Assembly: GCA_036499395.1 (NCBI GenBank)
Contig: DASYDW010000010.1
Location: 11,668-75,667, forward strand
Source of the DNA: Pirellulales bacterium
GTDB lineage: Bacteria; Planctomycetota; Planctomycetia; Pirellulales; JACPPG01
Direction of reading: 5' to 3'
DNA length: 64,000 nucleotides
Shown here: positions 55,738-64,000 of the stretch, piece after piece
Layout of the letters: the number at the start of each line of letters is the position of its first letter
Numbering within the stretch: the stretch's first letter is position 1
Translations under genes and position numbers: made by a program
The notes under the pieces: model-generated
Database searches by the model: none
Seen by the model: the letters and a program-made list of their open reading frames with translations, nothing else
What the model was told of the DNA's origin: nothing

Positions 55738-56679
55738 ATGGCACCGTCGAAACGAAAGCTGCTGGCAGCGGCCGCCCGCGGTTCGTCGCCGCTCGACGAT
55801 CCCTGGATCGATGCGTTCACCGGCTACCTGCAGAGCGAGTGCCACTTGGCGGCCAATTCCGTCATGGCTTATCGGCGCGACTTGCGCCGCTTCTACGAAT
55901 GGTTGGGCAAACGAGCCATTCCCAAACTCACGATCAAGGAGCTGGCCGAATACGCCGGTTGGCTGCATGACCGGCAACTGGCGCCGGCTTCGCTGGCACG
56001 GCACCTAGTGTCGCTGAAGCTGTTCTTTCGCTATCTGCAACTAGAGGGAGCGCTGACCGATAACCTAGCCGAGCTTCTCGGTAGCCAGAAGTTATGGCAG
56101 CGCGTCCCGGAAGTTCTGGGACCGACTATCATCGACCGGATGCTCGAAGGACCGATCGCTGGGCAACCGTGTTGGCGGCGCGATCGAGCGCTACTCGAAC
56201 TACTCTACGCCAGTGGCTGTCGGGCCTCGGAAATGTCCGGCATGCAATTGCGCGACATGCACCTGGACGATGGGCACTGTCTGTGCCATGGCAAGGGGGA
56301 CAAGCAGCGGTTGGTTCCGCTGGGGCGTCGTGCGATCGAAGCCGTACGACAATACCTGGAACACGAACGCCCGACGTTGGCGTCGCTCTCGATTCTGCCG
56401 CCACCGTGGCTATTGCTTTCGCGCCGCGGTCAGCAGCTTCGTCGCGAACGCATCTGGGAACTCGTCAAGCGGTACGCCGTGGCGGCCGGAGCTCCGGAAA
56501 CCGTGAGTCCGCACACGCTGCGGCATACATTCGCCACACACGTTCTGGCTGGCGGCGCCGACCTGCGGCAGGTGCAAGAAATGCTCGGTCATGCGAGCAT
56601 CGCCACGACGCAGATCTACACGCACGTCGATCCGACCCGTCTGAAGGCCGTGCATCGACAATTCCATCCGCGTGCCTAG
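55738..56679 (+). CDS. xerD: Site-specific tyrosine recombinase XerD
   Basis: ATG at 55738 follows GGAGG. 'LAANSVMAYRRDLRRFYEWL' (XerD-like N-domain), 'ELLYASGCRASE', 'HTLRHTFATH' and 'LGHASIATTQIYTHV' are present. Confidence 0.85.
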   Translation: MAPSKRKLLAAAARGSSPLDDPWIDAFTGYLQSECHLAANSVMAYRRDLRRFYEWLGKRAIPKLTIKELAEYAGWLHDRQLAPASLARHLVSLKLFFRYLQLEGALTDNLAELLGSQKLWQRVPEVLGPTIIDRMLEGPIAGQPCWRRDRALLELLYASGCRASEMSGMQLRDMHLDDGHCLCHGKGDKQRLVPLGRRAIEAVRQYLEHERPTLASLSILPPPWLLLSRRGQQLRRERIWELVKRYAVAAGAPETVSPHTLRHTFATHVLAGGADLRQVQEMLGHASIATTQIYTHVDPTRLKAVHRQFHPRA

Positions 56680-56727
56680 CAGCAGCAAAGCGACCTAAAA
56701 ACTCAGCGCGTGTTGCATGTGCGACGG

Positions 56728-57762
56728 TTATTGCTTGGCCCATACGCTGCTGGCGTAGCGATCCTTCAGCAGTTGCGTGGCTTGCAAGGCGCGTTCCGGC
56801 TTGCCTAATTCATTCCAAAGACGCGCCAGGTTCGAAAGTGCCTCGGCATGCGCCTCGCGATTGCCAGGATAGAGCAGATCTACGTGCAGGTATGCCAATA
56901 AGGCGTCCTTCGTGCCCCCCTCTTTTTGACGATAACAATTGCCCAGCGTCAGATAGGCACGAGCGTTCAGGTCGGTATCCTCAGGCTCGGCATTATCGAT
57001 CACGGTCTGCACCTGCTCGATCGCGGCCGCGGACTCGCCGGTGGCTGCCAGGCAGTTTGCCTTGCCAAGTTGCGCGGCCAGCCGCAGACTGGCCGCTCCC
57101 TTATCGTCGCCAGCCAGCTTTAGCACGTTGTCGAATGCGGTGAGCGCCTCGGGGAATTTCTTCTGCGCGATCAGGACGCGTCCCTTGGCGACGCCGCCAC
57201 GCATCTTGTACTCGGGCCAGGGCGCTCGCTCGATCGTGGCATATTGCTCGAGCGCCAGTTCGGGCCGGCCAATGGCCGCGAACAAGTCGCCTAGGGTCTC
57301 GGTCGCCAGCAGAATGTGATAGTTCGTCGGATTCTCTTTGACGAAGGCGCGCATCTCGCTACCGGCCTTGGGCACGTCCCCCGAGCCCGCTAGCGCCAGT
57401 CGTGCATGGCAGAGAGCACGGTAAAACTGAATGTCTTGCTTGATTTCAGGGCGCGTGACCTTGGCCGGATCGATCTTGTCGATCGACTTGAGCGCTCCTT
57501 CGTAGTTGGCGTTCGAGATCTCGCTGCGTGCCAACTTCAATTCCGGAGATTCGCCTTCGTAGGTGATCGAATCGATATCGTTGACCGCGATCTGTTTCTT
57601 CTGGCCGGCGGCCATGTCGAGCGAGACTTCGGTCGGCGTCATCAGGCTGATCGTTCCTTTGGCTGTGCCGCTGGGACGCAGCCGGATCGTATCGTCGCCA
57701 TGCGCGAACGATCCGAGGAACAACACCATTGCCGCCGATGCAAAAAGTGGATGTTTCGCCAT
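56728..57762 (-). CDS. Tetratricopeptide-repeat protein (secreted)
   Basis: ATG at 57762 with the signal peptide MAKHPLFASAAMVLFLGSFAHG. Several TPR-like A/Y/L helical pairs. Confidence 0.7.
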   Translation of the reverse strand: MAKHPLFASAAMVLFLGSFAHGDDTIRLRPSGTAKGTISLMTPTEVSLDMAAGQKKQIAVNDIDSITYEGESPELKLARSEISNANYEGALKSIDKIDPAKVTRPEIKQDIQFYRALCHARLALAGSGDVPKAGSEMRAFVKENPTNYHILLATETLGDLFAAIGRPELALEQYATIERAPWPEYKMRGGVAKGRVLIAQKKFPEALTAFDNVLKLAGDDKGAASLRLAAQLGKANCLAATGESAAAIEQVQTVIDNAEPEDTDLNARAYLTLGNCYRQKEGGTKDALLAYLHVDLLYPGNREAHAEALSNLARLWNELGKPERALQATQLLKDRYASSVWAKQ

Positions 57763-57814
57763 GAGATTCAAATCCTGCTTCGTCCAGCGCAAAGGGCAAT
57801 CGGTAGTTCGTGTA

Positions 57815-60800
57815 TTACTTGGCCGCCGCGGCAGCGTCAGTTTGAGGCTTGGCGGCCGGAGTATCTGTGGGCTTGCGTGCGGGGATGCCTGTCTCGGGCT
57901 GACCTGATTCTTTTTGAACCCGCCGCAGCAGCTTGTCGTATTTCTTCGGCCAGTCACCGCCGCCCAGATCGGGGTGCAACTGCGCAATCAACATCACGGC
58001 TGATTCAGCCTTCTTGAGCGAGGCGGCTTTTTCCGATCCGCTTTGCTGCTGCGCTTGCAGCAGGTAGCACTTCGCCTGGTTATAGCTGGCTTCGTGGAAG
58101 ACTTCTTGAAACTTCTTATCGCGGCGCGTTAGTGCCGCCAAACGCGTCCATCCCCACAGGACGTTGTATTCCTGCCCACGGGCGTCCTTCTCTTTGCGCC
58201 CACCACCGATCGCCAGGGCATAAGTAGCCAGGTTGTCTTTTCCCCAATCCTGGTAGGTGTACGCCGCCTCGCGCTGAGCATCGATGAGCATGGGCTTTTT
58301 CTTCAGCACGTCGGCCAACAGATCGATCGCTTCCTTGAAGTGGCCGCCGCGACGCTGGCTCTTCGCCATGCGCACTTCGACCGCCAATGACTGCTCGGGG
58401 CTCGCGAATTGAGGGTCCGCCTTGATCGAGGCCAGAATCTTCGCGTCCGTGGCGGCAGCCTTTTCATAATAGGTGCGTGCTTCGGCCGAGATCGCGTCGT
58501 CTTCGCCTTCGTGCCCGCTCCCGAGGCGCGAGTAGGTTTCGGCCACCCAGTTCAGCGAGTTGAAATTGTTCCCCTCAGCCTTGCTGGCGATGCGATCCAA
58601 GAACAAATCGAAGCCGCGCGATAAGGCCTGCATCTCGTCCTTGCGGTTTTCCTTGCGCAGCGCCGCGACATGATTTTCCAACTCCTGCCCCAGCGCGCGA
58701 TAAATCGCGATCAGGGTCTGATTACTTTGAGCGTCGCCCCCCTTGGTGACTTGGGTTTCTAGCAGGTTCATCACCTTCTCGGCTTTTTCGAGCTGCTGCG
58801 TGGCGACAAAGGCCCGCAGCGCCGCTTTGCAGGTCTCGATGGCGAACGTTCCTTCGGCCGCGATGGGGCTGTTCGTCTGCACCAATGTGAGTGGGCCGAT
58901 CTTCGGATCTTCCAGCAGCTTCACCGCATCCGCGGCGTGGTTCGTCTCGAGATAGATCTGCGAAAGCGACAAGGCCGCGGCGGCCATTGTGAAATTCACA
59001 CCGACCGCGTCGGCCGACTTCGCGATTCGCTCGACACCGCGCGCCAGCGTCTCTTGCGCTTGGGCGCGCATCTTGTCGATTTCTTCTTGCGGCGGGCGGC
59101 TTTCGTCCGGCTGGCGGGTGGCCGCCAAGGATGCAATCCAGATGCCCTGGCCGGCCTTCAATTCGGCTTCGGCGCGGCGCGGTGACTGGTCAGCGATCTT
59201 GGACAGGTAGGCCAGCACCTGCTTCACGTCGTGCTCGTTCGTAGCGACGATCATCAGCGTCATCCACCCCTCGTCCGCCTCGGCTTCGCCGGCGAAGCGA
59301 CGTGTGATGAAATCGGCCAGACTTTCCATGCGCCGCTTTTCACTGGCGCGATCACCAGGTGCGGCCGCGTTATACGCTTGCAGGTGCGAAAGCAGCGCGA
59401 TCTTGGCTCCCTGTCGGGCCCCGCTGCTGGTTGGATGGCGGCGTGCCAGGAACTCGCCCAGCACGGCCGCGTCGAGATAGTCGCCGGCTTGATACGCCAG
59501 ATAGCACAAGTAATAGCGGGCACTGTTCACGTCATCCAAGGACGTATTCCGATCGCGCAGGTCGAGCGCCAGACGGAACATCTCGCGCGCCTTGTCGCGC
59601 GCGTCATGACTTTCCTTTTCATAGGTGGCGATGTTCGCCTGGTCATTGACGCTCGGCGCCATCTTGATCTGCGTGAGCTTGGCCTGCATCTCGTTGAGGG
59701 CATCCTTGGCCTGCTCGAATGCCTCGGCGAAATTGCTGGCCGCCTTGTCGTCCGAGTCCGCAGCGCCAGCCAACTCCTGGTACAACTGCTTGGCCTGCTC
59801 CTGGTATTCGCCGGGCACGGCGGCAGCCTCTTTGGCTTGCTTGCGCGCGTCGCGCAACTCCTGTTTCTTTTGCGAGTCCTCTTTCTTGCCAAGCAAATCA
59901 GCATGCTTTCGCAAAGCGACAGCCGTGAAATAGCGCACCGCCAGCCAATCGGCCGCGCGTGTGTCCGTGCCGCGTGCCGGCTTGGCCAGCCACTCGGATC
60001 CCTTTTGTGCCGCGGTCTCGTAGCTCTTTTCGGCGTCGCTCGTCCAGGCTTGCATCGCCAGGTGCAGCGCATGTGTCTTCAACCGGCGCAGCTCTTCGGT
60101 TTCGTCTTGCTGAGAGAGAATCTCGGTGAATGCGCCCAAGGCGCGCTTCGTGTCGCCGAGATCCAGGTAGCAACGCCCCTGCGAAGTGGTCGCGATCAGC
60201 CCAAGCAGTAGCCTGCGGTATTTTTCGCGCAAATCACCGAACTTCGTGGCTGCGCTGTCCAGCAGCTTCTTTCGTTCCGAGGAATCGGCCGGGTAAGCCT
60301 TGGACGCTTCGTAGATGGCCTGCGCGGCGTACAATCGAGCACGGCGCAATTCGGTGCGCGCCTCTTCACGGACTTCGGTCTGCGAGCTAGCCCCTTTCTC
60401 GCCTGGCTTGGGAAGCTGCTTAAAGTACTCGGCGAATTTTTGCTCAGCCGAGGTGAACATTTTTTCCGATTCAGTGAACAGGCCGCGCGCCTCTTCGGTG
60501 AGCGCCGTCTTTTGCGAGGCGTAACGCGGCGAGTTGGCGCGTTGCAGCAACATTTTCGCGCGCTCGACCAGGACGTTGCCCAACTGACTTTCCGCGTCGG
60601 CTTTCAGCGAGCTATCGCCTGGCCCCTTGACGAATTCGTTGAGCTTCTCACGGGCCACGTTCAGGTGGCGCGACTTCTGGTCCACGTCTCGCTCAGCGAT
60701 TGCCGCGGCGATCGACGTTACCCCCTCTTCATAGGGAATACGCTGTTTGAACTCGTCGAGAATCTTCGGGTTGCTGCGCAGTCGGGCCAGATAGTCGAGC

Positions 60801-60952
60801 GCAACGTCGTAATAGCCACGGTCGCGCAGCGATTCGAGGAAACGCTCATGATCTTCGGCCGCCCGTAGAGATGTGGCGAGTATAAGAACGACCAAGAACA
60901 CGCCGGCACATCGCCCCCCCAGGTGCCGGCAGTACCGATGAACCACATTCAT
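57815..60952 (-). CDS. Large (~1045 aa) all-helical TPR-like protein with N-terminal signal/anchor
   Basis: ATG at 60952 (MNVVHRYCRHLGGRCAGVFLVVLILATSLRA). Long helical repeat composition. It lies 52 nt upstream of the smaller TPR gene on the same strand. Confidence 0.7.
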   Translation of the reverse strand: MNVVHRYCRHLGGRCAGVFLVVLILATSLRAAEDHERFLESLRDRGYYDVALDYLARLRSNPKILDEFKQRIPYEEGVTSIAAAIAERDVDQKSRHLNVAREKLNEFVKGPGDSSLKADAESQLGNVLVERAKMLLQRANSPRYASQKTALTEEARGLFTESEKMFTSAEQKFAEYFKQLPKPGEKGASSQTEVREEARTELRRARLYAAQAIYEASKAYPADSSERKKLLDSAATKFGDLREKYRRLLLGLIATTSQGRCYLDLGDTKRALGAFTEILSQQDETEELRRLKTHALHLAMQAWTSDAEKSYETAAQKGSEWLAKPARGTDTRAADWLAVRYFTAVALRKHADLLGKKEDSQKKQELRDARKQAKEAAAVPGEYQEQAKQLYQELAGAADSDDKAASNFAEAFEQAKDALNEMQAKLTQIKMAPSVNDQANIATYEKESHDARDKAREMFRLALDLRDRNTSLDDVNSARYYLCYLAYQAGDYLDAAVLGEFLARRHPTSSGARQGAKIALLSHLQAYNAAAPGDRASEKRRMESLADFITRRFAGEAEADEGWMTLMIVATNEHDVKQVLAYLSKIADQSPRRAEAELKAGQGIWIASLAATRQPDESRPPQEEIDKMRAQAQETLARGVERIAKSADAVGVNFTMAAAALSLSQIYLETNHAADAVKLLEDPKIGPLTLVQTNSPIAAEGTFAIETCKAALRAFVATQQLEKAEKVMNLLETQVTKGGDAQSNQTLIAIYRALGQELENHVAALRKENRKDEMQALSRGFDLFLDRIASKAEGNNFNSLNWVAETYSRLGSGHEGEDDAISAEARTYYEKAAATDAKILASIKADPQFASPEQSLAVEVRMAKSQRRGGHFKEAIDLLADVLKKKPMLIDAQREAAYTYQDWGKDNLATYALAIGGGRKEKDARGQEYNVLWGWTRLAALTRRDKKFQEVFHEASYNQAKCYLLQAQQQSGSEKAASLKKAESAVMLIAQLHPDLGGGDWPKKYDKLLRRVQKESGQPETGIPARKPTDTPAAKPQTDAAAAAK

Positions 60953-61458
60953 ACGCGCAGTTCCAATACTCGGGGCGCTAGAAAGCTGGGAGACGACAGA
61001 TTGGACAATGTCCCCACGCGCACCGTCGGGCCACGCCGATTCGAAGCGTGCCATGCCCGGGGGCGCAGCAGCGTGACCACGTACAACGGTCCGAGGCCGA
61101 GCGGGTTCCGGGACCGCCCGATAATGCCCACACCGTATACATTCCAGGTTATAGGCCGGTTCAGAACGAGGCAAGCATCGGCGGACCATTGCACCGCGCC
61201 ACTGTGACTGCAAGCCGAGGCGAAATCGTTACGATTGGCGCAATCCGCTTGGCTACCGACTAATTGGCGGTCCACCGACCAAGGCGAACGTTAAGCCGGC
61301 TGAACAAAAGGTAATCTGCCGCGACGCATAAGACGGCAAGGAGCAGCCCCCGCCGCCCCGGATAAATGGTCATTTTTGGCGAGTATTCGTTTACGGCTTG
61401 AAGCGTTCGAGGCATGCTTTGGGCCCTGTCGCGCGCCACGCCGCGGCCCTTGACTTGA

Positions 61459-62490
<1,032 letters not shown>

Positions 62491-62501
62491 TGACGCCCGT
62501 T

Positions 62502-62531
62502 GCATTCGCCCCTGCGGCGGATGCTTTGGTT
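62502..62531 (+). terminator. Candidate intrinsic terminator after mdh
   Basis: GCATTCGCC-cctgc-GGCGGATGC (a 9-bp stem with one G.U pair) is followed by TTTGGTT. The T-tract is short. Confidence 0.4.
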
Positions 62532-63104
62532 ATCGACTGGCCAACGATTTTTCCGCGTTCAAGGTCAGAGTACTTGCTTTCGGCAACCGTGACAGCAACG
62601 CTATCGCCCGCGCGATCGCTATTCCTCGGCGCCTCGAATGACAGGTTTTTCCGAGCGTGCCGAGCTGACAACGTTGACATCGCGGGTCGAATTGCAGTAG
62701 AGTCCGATGCCGGTGGTTCGCGTTCATTCGCGGGCCGCCACAGGCAAGGAAGCATCTGAGGACCGAGCATGCGGGTAGAGGTAAGACGCTTCCGACAACG
62801 ATCTCGAGCGAGCTTTTCATGATCGGCGTTTTGGCACAGTGGCCGTTCATTCCTCGCCAGGTCATCGCGTCGCGGACTGTCACTCGAACGCAGAGGCAAC
62901 TCGCGACCGATCCCAGGGGCTACGTTCGGCCGGCTGACATACACACCACTTCAAATCTTGGTCGGCAGCTTCCGCGCCGGCCTATTGTCGGGCCCAGGAT
63001 GGCGGACGTTTCCGGTCAAAGGTGATCACAGGCCTTTGGGACTGGTTTCGTAAGCCGACTTGTTGCGTGGACTTCCTACACACTTAGATCGAGCAGGGCA
63101 CGTC

Positions 63105-63881
63105 ATGATGAATCGTCTCCGCGTTCCACGTGCATCATCAGCATCGTCGTTCGCGGCGCCCTCGTCTGGACACGTCGAGAGCGCCTCGTACTCGACCATC
63201 AAGACAACGACCGATCAGCCGGTCACGATTTTCGCCCCGGTGCATTACGAGACGAACTACGCTTATCCGCTGGTCGTTTGGCTGCACGGACCGGGGGAAA
63301 ACGAACATCAGTTGAAGCGGATCATGCCGCTGGTGAGCTTGCGAAACTACGTCGGCGTGGCCGTCCGCGGTACGACTACGTGTTCGACGGCCAGCGGTCG
63401 CACTGGTTTCGCTTGGGCCCAATCGCAGCCGCACACGGCCCTCGCCGAGCAGCGCGTGCTGGACGCTATCAACTTCATCCAGGGCCGCTTCAACGTTTCG
63501 TCGCGGCGGGTCTTCCTGGCCGGCTTCGATTGTGGTGGAACAATGGCACTTCGCCTGGCCTTGGCCCATCCGCGCTGGTTCGCGGGGGTGCTGTCTTTGG
63601 CGGGCGAATTCCCGGTCGGTGGTGCTCCGTTGTCACGCTTGCCCGAGGCCCGTCGCGTGCCGCTGTTTTTGGCCTGCGGCCGTGACAGTCAGCGCTACCC
63701 CTCCGCAATCGTGTGCGATAATCTGAAATTGCTGCATTCGGCCGGCATGGACCTGACGTTGCGTGAATATCCCGGCGGCCACGAAATCTCGCCCCAGATG
63801 CTCTCTGACGTCGATCGCTGGATCATGGATATCGTGACCGGCGCGTCGGGCAGCAATGGCAGCAGCGCCGGCGAAGGCTAA
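63105..63881 (+). CDS. Alpha/beta hydrolase, phospholipase/carboxylesterase-like, atypical nucleophile elbow
   Basis: ATG at 63105. 'PLVVWLHGPGENEHQ', 'VFLAGFDCGGTMAL' and 'YPGGHEI' fit the carboxylesterase (PF02230-like) layout, but with GFDCGG where GFSQGG is expected. Confidence 0.75.
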   Translation: MMNRLRVPRASSASSFAAPSSGHVESASYSTIKTTTDQPVTIFAPVHYETNYAYPLVVWLHGPGENEHQLKRIMPLVSLRNYVGVAVRGTTTCSTASGRTGFAWAQSQPHTALAEQRVLDAINFIQGRFNVSSRRVFLAGFDCGGTMALRLALAHPRWFAGVLSLAGEFPVGGAPLSRLPEARRVPLFLACGRDSQRYPSAIVCDNLKLLHSAGMDLTLREYPGGHEISPQMLSDVDRWIMDIVTGASGSNGSSAGEG

Positions 63882-64000
63882 GTTTCGCCCAATCTCATAG
63901 GCTGCGTTCGCGGATCGGTATTCCACCACGTTTGCGCGTGAATTGCTGACGCACGCGGCGCGGCTATCTGCCTTTTTCTGGCTCTGCGATTGCATTCGTT

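Noticed and set aside
55738-56679. Tyrosine recombinase as a marker of an integrated mobile element
   Set aside because: The N-domain and catalytic motifs match housekeeping XerD. I saw no att-like repeats, phage genes or GC shift around it.
59231-60211. 326-aa plus-strand ORF
   Set aside because: It is antisense to the large TPR-like gene.

Overview
This is a 64 kb, high-GC (about 60-65%) chromosomal segment. Gene content suggests a Planctomycetota (Pirellulales-like) genome: a PVC-type heme-binding CxxCH dehydrogenase-like protein, two 'DWPQFRGP' PQQ-like beta-propellers, a planctomycete-style LRR protein, a Trx/cytochrome-c/Cu-monooxygenase fusion, and many signal-peptide proteins. This taxonomic call is inference only. 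I support about 50 CDS. Housekeeping genes include glgP, mdh, galE, xerD, phhB, phoD, comEA, SDRs, an acyl-CoA dehydrogenase and a ROK kinase. A flagellar export and regulation block (flhA-flhF-flhG-gap-fliA) lies on the minus strand. I saw no rRNA, tRNA (no T-arm-like GGTTCGAATCC motifs), CRISPR array, transposase or prophage genes. The ORF track shows many long antisense or alternate-frame ORFs, which are typical high-GC artefacts, and I rejected them. The best hunting leads are: (1) a low-GC single-gene island (about 26.8-27.8 kb) encoding a protein with a HEPN-type R-x4-H motif and no recognisable partner; (2) a secreted protein (1545..2951) with an hnRNP/FUS-like RGG/FGG low-complexity region, an Asn/Trp/His-rich tract and a globular C-terminus, beside other secreted proteins carrying poly-Gly/Arg inserts; (3) an FlhG whose P-loop lysine is replaced; (4) a tandem pair of double-GNAT (FemAB/CelD-like) genes; (5) a REP-like hairpin cluster and a 17-bp tandem repeat in the phoD leader. 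All family assignments come from motif recognition by eye and need database confirmation.
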